A stretch of 64,000 bases of DNA, taken from Patescibacteria group bacterium (lineage in GTDB: Bacteria > Patescibacteriota > Patescibacteriia > UM-FILTER-42-10). Positions 39,938 through 50,157 of the stretch are shown here, one piece after another (positions within the stretch are counted from its first letter, which is position 1; the number at the start of each line of letters is the position of its first letter). Below the pieces are notes generated by a model that did not search any database, had not been told where the DNA came from, and saw only the letters and a list, made by a program, of their open reading frames with translations. The translations under genes were made by a program, and so were the position numbers. The stretch spans positions 15,299 through 79,298 of the forward strand of contig JBAYGW010000001.1 in the NCBI GenBank assembly GCA_041666485.1, in the 5' to 3' direction.

Positions 39938-40915
39938 ATGGTAAATAAAAAACAGCAAAAAAACTTTTGGCAAAGCTTAAAAAAGCCTTTTTTAGTTATG
40001 GCACCAATGGATGACATAACCGATTTTCCATATCGTCAAATTGTTAAATCCTGCGGTGGGCCGGATGTAACCTTTACTGAGTTTGTTTCAACTGACGGGC
40101 TATGTTCAGCAGGTAGAAATCGGCTTTTGCATGATTTGAAGTATTTAAAAAATGAGAAGCCAATCGTAGCACAAGTTTTCGGCAGTAAACCTGAAAATTT
40201 TACCAAAACTGCCTCATTAATCAAAAAGCTGGGTTTTGATGGAATTGATATTAATATGGGGTGCCCTTTTAAAACAGTAGAAAAGCAGGGTGCCGGTGCC
40301 GCGCTCATAAAAACACCTGTTTTAGCCCAGCAGATAATTGCGGCAACCAAAAAAGGCGCGGGCGACATGCCGGTATCAGTTAAGACGAGAATCGGGTATG
40401 GTAAGGACAGCTCTAAGATTTGGATACCGCAACTGTTAGTAATGAAACCAGCCGCTCTGACTATTCATGCAAGAACTCAAAAAGAAAAATCCAGAGTACC
40501 TGCGCACTGGGATGTAATTAAGGAGATCAGTGCTGTGATAAAGTCGGGCAAAAGCGAAACAGTTCTTATTGGTAACGGGGATGTAAAAAGTATTGCGGAT
40601 GCATATTTAAAGGCGAAGTTATATGGAGCGGACGGAATAATGGTCGGCAGAGGTGCGATGAATAACCCCTGGTTTTTTTCCGGAAAAGACGAAATGGAAG
40701 TAACTACCAAAGAACGGCTTAGGTTATTATTAAAACATGCGAGACTTTACGAAAAAACCTTCAAGGGTATAAAAAGATTTTATAACCTAAGAAAGTTTTA
40801 TTCAGCATATATCTCAAATTTTTCGGATGCAAAAAAACTGCGCATTGAATTGATGAAGGCGCAGAATTCTGAACAGCTGGAAGAAGCTATTAACAAATAT
40901 TTATTAAGCGAGTGA
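39938..40915 (+). CDS. dus: tRNA-dihydrouridine synthase (Dus family)
   Basis: MAPMDDITD, TEFVS, IDINMGCP, VSVKTRIG, IHART, GNGDV, MVGRG. Confidence 0.95.
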   Translation: MVNKKQQKNFWQSLKKPFLVMAPMDDITDFPYRQIVKSCGGPDVTFTEFVSTDGLCSAGRNRLLHDLKYLKNEKPIVAQVFGSKPENFTKTASLIKKLGFDGIDINMGCPFKTVEKQGAGAALIKTPVLAQQIIAATKKGAGDMPVSVKTRIGYGKDSSKIWIPQLLVMKPAALTIHARTQKEKSRVPAHWDVIKEISAVIKSGKSETVLIGNGDVKSIADAYLKAKLYGADGIMVGRGAMNNPWFFSGKDEMEVTTKERLRLLLKHARLYEKTFKGIKRFYNLRKFYSAYISNFSDAKKLRIELMKAQNSEQLEEAINKYLLSE

Positions 40916-41599
40916 GTGTTTAGTTTTAATTATCTTTTCGGCATCCTGATAGCTTTCCAGTCTTTTAATTCTGATACCGAATTTTTTCCATGGTATTTTA
41001 TAGACAATAGACGGTAGCCATCCTGACATGCCGCTTTTTCTTGGTTTTATGGTAAATAATATTTTTGGAATATATATTCCGGTATGTCCTGATTTCAGCA
41101 TAGTCAACCAAAGATCCCAATCCTGAAATCTGTTGATTGTTTCATCAAAACCCGGAAAATATTCCCTCCTGATCAGCGAGGAAGTATGGATATAGTTTTT
41201 TTTGCGAAGCTCTTCTTGATTAAAGGGAAGCAACCTGAAGACTTTTGCACCCCACATAAAATCGGAATAGGCATATGCCGCCTGTTGATTCTCATCTAGG
41301 GCATTTTTCATTTCCCGGAGCATATTATGATTCGCTACGATGTCCGCATCGCAAAACAGTAAATACTCACCTTTCGCAATTTTAGCACCGTTATTTCTGG
41401 CGATATTGGCGCCGGAATTTTTTTGATTAATAACTGTAATTCTGTTTTGATAATGCTCTAAAAGATTTAATGTGTTATCCGTAGAACCATCGTTGACAAC
41501 AATTACTTCAAAATCTTTATACGTCTCTGCAAATAGAGAGTCCAGGCATTGTTTTAGCACATGGCCGTGCTGATAAGTTGGAATTATTATACTGATCAT
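40904..41599 (-). CDS. Glycosyltransferase family 2
   Basis: IVVNDGSTD, ARN.G, FCDAD, FQDWDLWL. Confidence 0.92.
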   Translation of the reverse strand: MISIIIPTYQHGHVLKQCLDSLFAETYKDFEVIVVNDGSTDNTLNLLEHYQNRITVINQKNSGANIARNNGAKIAKGEYLLFCDADIVANHNMLREMKNALDENQQAAYAYSDFMWGAKVFRLLPFNQEELRKKNYIHTSSLIRREYFPGFDETINRFQDWDLWLTMLKSGHTGIYIPKILFTIKPRKSGMSGWLPSIVYKIPWKKFGIRIKRLESYQDAEKIIKTKHSLA

Positions 41600-41703
41600 A
41601 TAAATGTATGTATTAATACACTAATCATAAATCGGATTTACATATTTGCATAGAGTAGCCAATAAAAAACTGTGACAAAAAGCCCAGTAGTTTCATTTAC
41701 CAA

Positions 41704-42834
41704 TTATAGAATATCGCTAAATGCCCGTGCTTTTACTTCCCAGTCAAATTCTTCCCTCACCCTTTCTCTACCCTGTACTCCGAGCTGATTAGCGTAAGCT
41801 GTATCTTCAAGTAAATTTACTACGCTTTTCGCTAGTTCTGACGGTTTTTTTGGTTCAATAAGCAAACCTGTTTTTTTATGCAGGACTGCATCGCTTACTC
41901 CGCCAGAATTGTATGCAATAACTGGTTTCCCAAATGCGTTTGCTTCAAGATATACAATACCGAACCCCTCCACATCATTATTGGCAAGAATGCGGGTCGG
42001 CATGATGAATACATCAGCTAACTGATATAGACTGGGTAAAGCTTCCCTACTGATCGTTCCGATAAAAGTTACATAACTTTCCAGGTTGTTTTTTGATATG
42101 TACTCCTCAAGAACTGCCCTGTAAGGTCCGTCAGACGTGATTACATAATTAATGTTCGGAAAAGACTGTATAATATCAGGAAGCGCCTTCAGCACATCCA
42201 TATGGCCCTTGCGCTCAATAATGCGACCTACAGTCAGCAAAATCTTTTTACCACCTAAATGATACTGTTGTGCGATCTCCTTTTGATGATCCGTACTACC
42301 GTGTTGTAATATATCAGTTCCGGGTGAAATAATAGTTATCTTTTTTTCAACGATGCCAAGGTCAGTAATTTTGCTTTTAGTATAATGGCTTACTGTTACA
42401 ATATGAGTGCTTTTTTCCAGGATTTTTTTTGCCAGCCAAGTTTTTCTTGCGGAAGATTGCAGAATTGTTATATCCATGGCATGCGTAGATACAATGTATG
42501 GAATTTTAAACAAATAGCTGATAAGAAGTGCCGCCGTCCCTACCGGCAAGATCTGTCCGACGACTATTTGCTTAATATTATTGCTTCTAATCACCTTGCA
42601 TGAATTGCAGAGCAAAAGGAACCATTTCGGCCAAAAAAAACGGGATTTTATGTAAAACTTTTTCCTAATAATTTTATAGCGTTGTTTTAAATCAAAAGCT
42701 GACGCTCCATTCTCTATCGGTGATAGAACTGTAATATCTTCTTTAGGCAGACGAGCGCAAATTTGTGAAAGATATTCAGAAACCCCACCGACTATTGGTG
42801 GAAAATCAGTTGTTATCAGCAGTGTTTTCAGCAT
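41704..42834 (-). CDS. Glycosyltransferase family 4 (PimB-like)
   Basis: DFPPIVGG, VGRIIERKG, EGFGIVYLEA. Confidence 0.93.
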   Translation of the reverse strand: MLKTLLITTDFPPIVGGVSEYLSQICARLPKEDITVLSPIENGASAFDLKQRYKIIRKKFYIKSRFFWPKWFLLLCNSCKVIRSNNIKQIVVGQILPVGTAALLISYLFKIPYIVSTHAMDITILQSSARKTWLAKKILEKSTHIVTVSHYTKSKITDLGIVEKKITIISPGTDILQHGSTDHQKEIAQQYHLGGKKILLTVGRIIERKGHMDVLKALPDIIQSFPNINYVITSDGPYRAVLEEYISKNNLESYVTFIGTISREALPSLYQLADVFIMPTRILANNDVEGFGIVYLEANAFGKPVIAYNSGGVSDAVLHKKTGLLIEPKKPSELAKSVVNLLEDTAYANQLGVQGRERVREEFDWEVKARAFSDIL

Positions 42835-44280
42835 TTTGTTTTTTAAATACTGCGCGTATGACAGATTTCATGTCATTTATTGAAACTGCCCGAACAGCGA
42901 ATATTAAGAACACGTAAATTGCAACACCGATTGGCATTAGCATTAGTATTGAAATTTTATTTCTAAATAAATAGAGTAAAACGCCCATTGCTGTACTGGC
43001 AAACAGCAGCTTGATAAACTTTGATAATAATAGCTTTTTATTATACGGTGCAATTTTACCAATCCACGGCATACCTAACGTAATCAATGTCACCGCGCTG
43101 GCGACTGCCGCAATACTTGCGCCAATGTAGGTATATCTTGGTATTAAAATGACATTCAGAATTATATTAACTGCTGTAGCAATTCCCATATTTACCGTAT
43201 TGAGCTTCTGACGGTTACAGGCATTAAGAAAATTACCGACCGGATAATTCAAAAACACAAAAACCAATCCAGAAATAATTATCTGAAATGCGACAATAGA
43301 GGCTTCAAAAGCCGGTCCGTATAGTTTCAAAATTATTCTTTCTGCAAGCACAAATGAGCCGGCAGCAATCGGTAAGCTGACCGCCATCAGGTATATCATT
43401 GCCTTTTCAAATGTGTGCGCAAGCTCGCTTTTGGAGGTGACAAAATAACGGCTCATCGCTGGAAAAAAACTGGATGCAAATGCTCCCGGAATAAAGGTTA
43501 AGGACATATTGAATTTTGACGCGATTGAATACCAGCCCACATATTTATCACCCGCCAGTATACCCAGCAGTACTTTGTCAATTTCATTATTAACTTTGTA
43601 AAATATTCCTGCGATCGCAAAAGGAATAGCGATTCTCAATAATAGAGTAACTATCTTTTTATCCAGTTTAATTTTCGGATGCAGCCTTGCTTTAAATACC
43701 ACCAGTGACAGTGAGTAAATAAAGTTAAAAATACTACCGAGCAATACAGCGACTACAACACCGATCACAGAAAATCCAAAAACTATCCCCAGTATTCCGA
43801 AAACAACAATTATCACCTGATAAACCGTCAGGCCGATTGCTTCAAAATGCAGTTTCTGATATGCCCTAAATATTGAATAAAACGAAAAAGTAAAGGAATC
43901 AAGAACAATAATGGCTACGGCGAAGAAAATAATCCGCATTGAAAGCGCATCTCTTCCCATAGCCATCGCGGAAAATATCAGGGCTACAACAGTAATTACA
44001 GAAAATACAAGCTTTATGCCGAGCACTGATGACAAATATTCCTTAGCTTTACTGTAATCTCTTGATACTTCTCTGGTTAATACCGGTCCCAAGCCAAATT
44101 CAATAAACAGTGCAAATATTCCGGCAAAAGATAGCGCCCATACGTATTTACCAATACTTTCACTACCTAGTTCACGCGAAATATATGCAAAATAAAAAAA
44201 AGACAGAACCTTTTGAAAAATAAAGGCTCAGTCAACAATGTGGTATTTCTGGCTATCTTGCCATTTGAAGACTTATCCAT
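42806..44280 (-). pseudogene. Wzx/MOP-family polysaccharide flippase interrupted by a 1-bp frameshift near 44229 (real or assembly error)
   Basis: ATG 44280 gives MDKSSNGKIARNTTLLT. The flippase continues (AFIFQKVLSFFYF...FGLGPVLTRE) in another frame that has a TGA and no start upstream. Confidence 0.75.
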
Positions 44281-44290
44281 TGAAAATAGA

Positions 44291-44794
44291 TTATCTTTTT
44301 GCCCATTGTGGGGCTCTTCTTGCCTTCTTTAAACCGTATTTCTTTCTTTCTTTCACCCTAGGATCACGTTTCAAGAATCCAGCTTTTTTTAATTGTGATC
44401 TAAGTTCGGGATTATATTTTTCTAAAACCCTAGCAATACCTAGTCTCACGCTTTCGGCTTGTCCGTGTTTTCCTCCGCCGGAAACTCTTACGGTAATTTG
44501 ACCCGGATCAAGACTTACTAATTCTAGGGGCATTTTTACAATCATCTGTAAATTCGCAGTCGGGAAATAAACCTTCATCTCCTTCTCATTAACCACAATC
44601 TGACCTTGTTTTTTCTGGTACAGTCTGACTCTAGCTACTGATTCTTTTCTTCTGCCAACAGCAAAAAGATAGTCATGCTTAACAACCTTCTTTTTCACCG
44701 GAAGCTCTGCTTTGTGCTCAATAGCTTTCTTTTTTGGCCTGCCACGCTTCTTGGTTGCGGGTGTTTTAGGCGCTGTCTTTTTTGTTGGAGTCAT
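44291..44794 (-). CDS. rpsI: 30S ribosomal protein S9 with Lys-rich N-terminal extension
   Basis: GRRKESVARV, GGGKHGQA, RDPRVKERKKYG, PQWAKR. Confidence 0.98.
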   Translation of the reverse strand: MTPTKKTAPKTPATKKRGRPKKKAIEHKAELPVKKKVVKHDYLFAVGRRKESVARVRLYQKKQGQIVVNEKEMKVYFPTANLQMIVKMPLELVSLDPGQITVRVSGGGKHGQAESVRLGIARVLEKYNPELRSQLKKAGFLKRDPRVKERKKYGLKKARRAPQWAKR

Positions 44795-44800
44795 ACAAGT

Positions 44801-45178
44801 CTATTTTTTAAACTGAATTTTCTTAAGCATTTTCGTGCGGAGTTTGTTTTTGGGCAACATATTGCGCACTACTTTCAACAGAAAAATTTCTGGATTCTTG
44901 CTAAATATTTCATCCATATTTTTGGTTGTAATTCCGCCCGGATAACCACTATATTTATGATATAACTTATCGTTTTTCTTATTACCTGTCGCAACAATTT
45001 TGTCCGCATTGGAAACAACCACGACAACATGCGCGAGTTTTTCTGGTGAATAATCAACCAGTCGTTTCCCCTGAACAGAAAAAGCGATGTCTGATGCAAC
45101 TCTGCCAAAAGACTTACCTTCGGCGTCAATTCTATATACATGTGGCTTTGGAGCCACGTTATTATTTTTCATCTTCAT
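44801..45178 (-). CDS. rplM: 50S ribosomal protein L13
   Basis: IDAEG..GRVAS, YSGYPGG, MLPKNKLR. Confidence 0.95.
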   Translation of the reverse strand: MKMKNNNVAPKPHVYRIDAEGKSFGRVASDIAFSVQGKRLVDYSPEKLAHVVVVVSNADKIVATGNKKNDKLYHKYSGYPGGITTKNMDEIFSKNPEIFLLKVVRNMLPKNKLRTKMLKKIQFKK

Positions 45179-45530
45179 TTTGTGGAACTAATTCAATTCT
45201 TACTGTTGGGGCATTATCACCCTTCCTATTCCCAATTTTTGAAATCCTGGTATACCCGCCCGGTCTTGATTTAAATCTTTTTCCAAGCACAAACAGTTTT
45301 TTCACTGCTTCCTCGGTATCCAATGACCTCATCACTCTCCGGCGGTTTGTTACGTTTTCCGTCTTAGCCAGTGTAATCATCTTTTCAACATATGATCTTA
45401 GTAATTTGGCTTTCGTTGCGGTAATCGTCAGCTTTTCGTGTAAAATCAAACTTTGCACCAAACCATTAATCAGTGCTTTGCGCGGAGATTTTTTTCTGTC
45501 CAGTATTCCTTTTGATTTTTTATGTCTCAT
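45162..45530 (-). CDS. rplQ: 50S ribosomal protein L17
   Basis: MRH, R.GGYTRI.K...RKGDNA. Confidence 0.97.
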   Translation of the reverse strand: MRHKKSKGILDRKKSPRKALINGLVQSLILHEKLTITATKAKLLRSYVEKMITLAKTENVTNRRRVMRSLDTEEAVKKLFVLGKRFKSRPGGYTRISKIGNRKGDNAPTVRIELVPQNEDEK

Positions 45531-45537
45531 AAACTAC

Positions 45538-46317
45538 CTATTTCTTTACCTCTGCTTTTTCTTTTTTTGTACCCTCTTCAGATTTTTCCGCATCGTTTTT
45601 TTCTTTCTCTTCCTTCTTTGACTCCTTTTTCTTATCGTATGACTTCAGGAAATCAAAGTGGTTTACCAAAATTTCCGAGGCACTCTTAAATACTTCAATC
45701 GGAGTCAGTGTTCCGTCTGTGACTATTTCAAGCGTAAGCTTATCATAGTTGGTCATTTTTCCAACACGGACATTTTCAATATCAAACCTCGCTTTGAGTA
45801 CCGGTGTGAATATGGCGTCAATTGCAATTACTCCAATTTCGTATTTTTCTTTACCACGGGCTTCAACTGGTGAATAACCAAGCCCATTCTCAACTGTCAA
45901 CTCCATATCCAGTTCTGCTGACTTATCTGTTAGCGTAGCAATTACTAGATCCTTGTTTGAAATTTTAACTTCCGCAGTTTCCTTAATATCTGCTGCTGTA
46001 ACCACCTTTTCACCCTTTACTTTTAGCGTGACCGTTCCAATATCTCCAGTAACCAACTTTAGGCGAAGCTGCTTTATATTTAGAATTATATCCACAACGT
46101 CCTCTTTGACGTGTTCAATCGTGGAAAACTCATGATCCACTCCCTTTATCTTTATGCCGGTAACTGCAGATCCGGACAGCGATGATATAAGCACTCTACG
46201 CAAAGCGTTGCCCACAGTCAGGCCATAGCCAGGATAAAGTGGTTCAACCACAATTATTCCTGTTTTATCATCTTTTTCTGTATATTTAATTTGTTGAGGA
46301 AGTTGGATCTCTGTCAT
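45538..46317 (-). CDS. rpoA: RNA polymerase alpha subunit (NTD only, charged tail in place of the CTD)
   Basis: EPLYPGYGLTVGNALRRVL, HEFSTI, IDAIFTPV, RVGKMTNYDKL; 259 aa. Confidence 0.97.
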   Translation of the reverse strand: MTEIQLPQQIKYTEKDDKTGIIVVEPLYPGYGLTVGNALRRVLISSLSGSAVTGIKIKGVDHEFSTIEHVKEDVVDIILNIKQLRLKLVTGDIGTVTLKVKGEKVVTAADIKETAEVKISNKDLVIATLTDKSAELDMELTVENGLGYSPVEARGKEKYEIGVIAIDAIFTPVLKARFDIENVRVGKMTNYDKLTLEIVTDGTLTPIEVFKSASEILVNHFDFLKSYDKKKESKKEEKEKNDAEKSEEGTKKEKAEVKK

Positions 46318-46345
46318 GTTTCTAGAAATTTAAATTATCAATTAT

Positions 46346-46972
46346 TTATCGTGAATAAAATTCTATAATCAATGGGATGTTTAGATTTTGCTTCACTTGA
46401 TCGTAAACCGGCATACTTAATACTTTCCCCTTCAATTCCTTCAAATCACAATCCAACCACGCCGGCGTTTCATTTTTTTGTGTGCTTTTATCCAGCTTTT
46501 CAAATAATTTTTTACTAGTTGTTTTGGTAGAGACCACATCGCCGACACTAACACAGTAGGACGGGATATTTACTTTTTTGCCGTTAACTAATACATGATT
46601 ATGGGACACTAACTGTCGCGCGATCCCTCTGGATTGTGCAAAACCCATGCGGTAAACAATATTATCAAGCCTCGTTTCCAAAATGGTCATCAGATTCTCA
46701 CCGCTATCACCGGTATTTCTCATGGCCTTATGCACGTAGTTTCTGAACTGCTTTTCAAGAATTGCATAAATTGTTTTTACCTTCTGCTTCTCTCTAAGCT
46801 GTATTCCATACTGGCTTTTACGAGATTTTTGCTGCTTCGGTCCGTGCATTCCTGGCGGATAATTTCTTTTAACCATTGCACATTTCGGCGAAAAACATTT
46901 TTCACCTTTTAAAAAGAGTTTTTCACCTTCTCTTCTGCATCTTTTACATTTTGGATCAAGATTTCTTGCCAT
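46346..46972 (-). CDS. rpsD: 30S ribosomal protein S4
   Basis: CRREGEKLFLKG, QLREKQK, LETRLDNIVYR. Confidence 0.99.
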   Translation of the reverse strand: MARNLDPKCKRCRREGEKLFLKGEKCFSPKCAMVKRNYPPGMHGPKQQKSRKSQYGIQLREKQKVKTIYAILEKQFRNYVHKAMRNTGDSGENLMTILETRLDNIVYRMGFAQSRGIARQLVSHNHVLVNGKKVNIPSYCVSVGDVVSTKTTSKKLFEKLDKSTQKNETPAWLDCDLKELKGKVLSMPVYDQVKQNLNIPLIIEFYSR

Positions 46973-46974
46973 AT

Positions 46975-47364
46975 TTATACTCTCCTTGGTTTACGTGAAC
47001 GCGGTCCATTGTGTGGAATCGGAGTTACGTCTTTAATAGACAAAATACTTATACCCTGCGCACTCAAAGCTCTAATCGCTGCTTCGCGGCCATTACCTAC
47101 ACCTTTAACAAATACGTCCACTTCTCGCAGTCCGCAGTCCGCAACTTTTTCCAATAAACTTCTTACGATGACGCCGGCAGCATACGGAGTTGCTTTTTTA
47201 GGACCTTTAAACCCGGAAAGACCGGACGATGCCCATGCAACAACTGCGCCATTTGGATCAGTTAAAGTGATGATTGTATTATTATAAGTTGCCTGAATAT
47301 ATACTCTTCCGGTGGTAAGTACTCTATTTTTCTTCTTCTTTTTGATTGGTTTAGCGGTTGCCAT
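46975..47364 (-). CDS. rpsK: 30S ribosomal protein S11
   Basis: ATYNNTI, KATPYAA, DVTPIPHNG. Confidence 0.99.
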   Translation of the reverse strand: MATAKPIKKKKKNRVLTTGRVYIQATYNNTIITLTDPNGAVVAWASSGLSGFKGPKKATPYAAGVIVRSLLEKVADCGLREVDVFVKGVGNGREAAIRALSAQGISILSIKDVTPIPHNGPRSRKPRRV

Positions 47365-47377
47365 ATTTATTCGTTAT

Positions 47378-47767
47378 TTATGTTTTTTGATCAGCAACTT
47401 TTCTTCCGCTGCCAACGGTTTTTCGCACATTACCTCTTACGGTTCTGGTGTTTGTCTTAGTCCTTTGTCCGCGAGCCGGGAGTCCTTTTGCATGGCGAGA
47501 TCCTCTGTAGCTGCCTGTTTCTTTTAAGCGCTTGATATTTGTTAAAACTTCACGTTTCAAATCACCTTCAACCCGGTAGTTTTTTTCTATAATTTCTCTT
47601 AAGACATTCGCTTGATCATCAGTAAGCTCGGACGTTCTCATTCCCGGAGCAATGTTTGCCTGTTTAAGAATTCTCCTGGAAAGCACTCTGCCAATACCAA
47701 AAATATATGTTAACGCGATTTCAATTACTTTTTCTTTTGGAAGGGTTACCCCTGCTATTCTTGCCAT
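47378..47767 (-). CDS. rpsM: 30S ribosomal protein S13
   Basis: [24 protein letters not shown]. Confidence 0.99.
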   Translation of the reverse strand: MARIAGVTLPKEKVIEIALTYIFGIGRVLSRRILKQANIAPGMRTSELTDDQANVLREIIEKNYRVEGDLKREVLTNIKRLKETGSYRGSRHAKGLPARGQRTKTNTRTVRGNVRKTVGSGRKVADQKT

Positions 47768-47773
47768 AAAATA

Positions 47774-47887
47774 TTATCCTTGACGTTGTTTATGCTTAGG
47801 ATTTTCACACTTAACAACCACTCTACCTTTTCGGCGAGTTACTTTACATTTCATACACATCTTTTTAACGGATGCCCTTACTTTCAT
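47774..47887 (-). CDS. rpmJ: 50S ribosomal protein L36 (Zn-ribbon type; below the ORF-track cutoff)
   Basis: Hand translation [37 protein letters not shown]. Confidence 0.98.
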   Translation of the reverse strand: MKVRASVKKMCMKCKVTRRKGRVVVKCENPKHKQRQG

Positions 47888-47898
47888 GTAAATCTATG

Positions 47899-48174
47899 TT
47901 ATTTCCTATAAGTTATCCTACCCTTAGTTAAATCATATGGTGTCAATTCAACAGTAACTTCATCACCCGGTAATATCCTTATGCGATGCATCCGCATTTT
48001 TCCGGACAAATGTGCCAAAATTTCATGACCGTTTTCCAGTTTGACTTTAAAAGTTGTACTTGGTAATAATTCCTCAACAACCCCAGCGACTTCAATAAAA
48101 CCTTTTTTGTTTGCCGAGGCATTCAATTTGTTTCCTTCTGGTGAAGGATTACTATTTTGAATATTTTCAGGCAT
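47899..48174 (-). CDS. infA: Translation initiation factor IF-1
   Basis: [28 protein letters not shown]. Confidence 0.98.
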   Translation of the reverse strand: MPENIQNSNPSPEGNKLNASANKKGFIEVAGVVEELLPSTTFKVKLENGHEILAHLSGKMRMHRIRILPGDEVTVELTPYDLTKGRITYRK

Positions 48175-48292
48175 ATTGTATTTTAATACTAAAATAAAAT
48201 TCTTTGTCCCTGCATTTTGGACAAGAATTAATACAAAAGTATTGAATTTGCCTTGTTCTGCAGTAACTCATCTATATGCATAAGCAGTGTTC

Positions 48293-48320
48293 ATTATAAC
48301 ATGACTTATAATGCTGTCAA
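48293..48320 (-). promoter_or_regulatory. Consensus sigma70 promoter for the infA-to-rpsI operon
   Basis: TTGACA-16 nt-TATAAT with extended TGn. Confidence 0.8.
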
Positions 48321-48358
48321 GAAACTACAATAATTGGCTAATATTAGCAAATAGTAAG

Positions 48359-50122
48359 CTAAACTAATATTGCCTTAATTCTCCGAATTCCGGTAGAAAC
48401 TGCCTGTTCCTTTATAATTTTGAAGCTACCAAGTTCTTTTGTATTCGTTACGTGCGGTCCGCCACATATTTCCATACTGAAATCGCCTATTTCGTATACT
48501 TTAACCCTCTCGCCATATTTTGATTCAAAAAGTCCGATTGCGTTCATTTTTTTAGCTTCCTCAAGAGATATTTCTGTGAATTTTACCGGCAATTCCTTCT
48601 GTATCTGTTCATTTACGAGCCTCTCAACACTATCAAGCTCTTCTTCCGTCACCTTTCTCGGATGCGTAAAATCAAATCTCAGACGTTCTGAAGTAATATT
48701 GCTACCTTTTTGCGCGACATGATCGCCCAAAACAGTGCGAAGCGCTTTGTGCAGCAGGTGCGTTGCTGTATGCAGTCTTACGGTCTCACTGGAATGATCT
48801 ACCAATCCGCCTGTAAACTTTTTTTCCGCACCCTTCCGAGAGAGTTGTTGGTGTTTTTTGTATTCCACATCAAACTGTCCACGATCAATTTCAATATTAT
48901 GTTCTTTTAGCTCTTCTTCAATCATTTCAACCGGAAAACCGTACGTTTGGTACAAATAAAATGCTGTTTTACCTGAAAATATTTTCTTTTTTTGGTCAGA
49001 TATGCTAAAAATTCCCAACTCTTTTTCAAAGACTTTTAGACCATTTTGTAGTGTTTCAGTAAATTTTTTCTCCTCTTTTTCCATCTCATCACAAATAAAA
49101 TGCGCGCTAGCGATAATTTCAGGATACACCTCTTTGTGTGACTCAATTACTGCTTCTGCAATTTGCTTTGTAAAACTGGTTTGTATGCCTAATTTTCTAG
49201 CTTGTCTTATTGCTCTTCTAATCAATCTGCGCAATACATAACCTTGATCCATGTTGGAAGGTACTATACCTTCGTGCAAAATAAAGCAGGCGGATCTTAT
49301 ATGATCAACTACTATCCGCTCTGATCTGGTATTTGAATTGAGGGATAATTGGTGTAATTTTTCAAAAACTGGTCTGAAAATCTCAATATCAAACACAGAC
49401 TGCATACCGTTATATATTGCCACCATTCTTTCCATTCCCATGCCGGTATCAACATTTTTCTGCGGCATAGGTTCATACTCACCACTAATATTCTTTGTGT
49501 ATTCCATAAATACATCATTCCAAATTTCCACATATTTTCCGCACCCGCAACTCGGTTGACAATTCTCACTGCAGGGCTCTCGGTCAGTAATATAAAACAT
49601 TTCAGAATCCGGTCCACACGGTCCCGTAATCCCAGCGGGTCCCCACCAATTTTCATGTTTCCCATAAGCGTATATATTTTTTTCGGCAATTCCGTATTTT
49701 TTCCACAAAGCGTAACTATCCTTATCAAATGGCGCATCATCATCTCCTTTAAATACAGTAACAGCTAATTTCTCTATCGGGATATTCAGTTCCTTTGTCA
49801 AAAAATCAAAACTCCACTTTATCGCATCATCTTTAAAATAATCCCCTAATGACCAATTACCAAGCATTTCAAAAAACGTAAGATGCCAGTCATCTCCAAC
49901 TTCGTCAATGTCGCCAGTCCGAATACATTTCTGAAAGTCAGTCAGACGTTTGCCCTCAGGATGCGATTGACCCAGTAGATACGGTACTAACGGATGCATT
50001 CCCGCAGTAGTAAATAAAACCGACGGGTCATTTTCCGGAATCAAAGAAGCGGGCCTGATAATAGCATGCTTTTTCCTTCTAAAATATTCCAGAAATTTAT
50101 TTCGCAATTGAAGTTCATTCAT
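48359..50122 (-). CDS. alaS: Alanine--tRNA ligase, short form lacking the C-Ala domain
   Basis: LFTTAGM, HLTFFEMLGNWS, DTGMG.ER, HTATHLL, CGGPH; ends after GIRRIKA. The ATG at 50122 is preferred. Confidence 0.97.
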   Translation of the reverse strand: MNELQLRNKFLEYFRRKKHAIIRPASLIPENDPSVLFTTAGMHPLVPYLLGQSHPEGKRLTDFQKCIRTGDIDEVGDDWHLTFFEMLGNWSLGDYFKDDAIKWSFDFLTKELNIPIEKLAVTVFKGDDDAPFDKDSYALWKKYGIAEKNIYAYGKHENWWGPAGITGPCGPDSEMFYITDREPCSENCQPSCGCGKYVEIWNDVFMEYTKNISGEYEPMPQKNVDTGMGMERMVAIYNGMQSVFDIEIFRPVFEKLHQLSLNSNTRSERIVVDHIRSACFILHEGIVPSNMDQGYVLRRLIRRAIRQARKLGIQTSFTKQIAEAVIESHKEVYPEIIASAHFICDEMEKEEKKFTETLQNGLKVFEKELGIFSISDQKKKIFSGKTAFYLYQTYGFPVEMIEEELKEHNIEIDRGQFDVEYKKHQQLSRKGAEKKFTGGLVDHSSETVRLHTATHLLHKALRTVLGDHVAQKGSNITSERLRFDFTHPRKVTEEELDSVERLVNEQIQKELPVKFTEISLEEAKKMNAIGLFESKYGERVKVYEIGDFSMEICGGPHVTNTKELGSFKIIKEQAVSTGIRRIKAILV

Positions 50123-50128
50123 ATGATG

Positions 50129-50157
50129 ATTGTACAATATGCCATTGCTACTATCAA
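50129..50157 (-). promoter_or_regulatory. Promoter for alaS, probably giving a leaderless mRNA
   Basis: TTGATA-17 nt-TACAAT-6 nt-ATG. Confidence 0.65.

Noticed and set aside
41630-41696. Short minus-strand ORF (MKLLGFLSQFFIG...) between two glycosyltransferases
   Set aside because: About 23 codons with no supporting motif; it could arise by chance.
44226-44232. In-frame TGA upstream of the flippase ORF as a sign of genetic code 25 (TGA=Gly) or readthrough
   Set aside because: That frame has no start and meets a TAA just upstream. Other genes (pncB-like, holB, GT4) end in TGA. A 1-bp indel explains it better.
45046-45621. Long antisense ORFs (e.g. 45046-45621, 12141-12647, 19164-19652, 36213-36641)
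   Set aside because: They are shadows of well-conserved genes on the opposite strand and show no recognisable motifs.
48359-50122. Truncated alaS (and short proS) as pseudogenes
   Set aside because: Catalytic motifs are intact and the stops are clean; short forms are typical of reduced CPR genomes.
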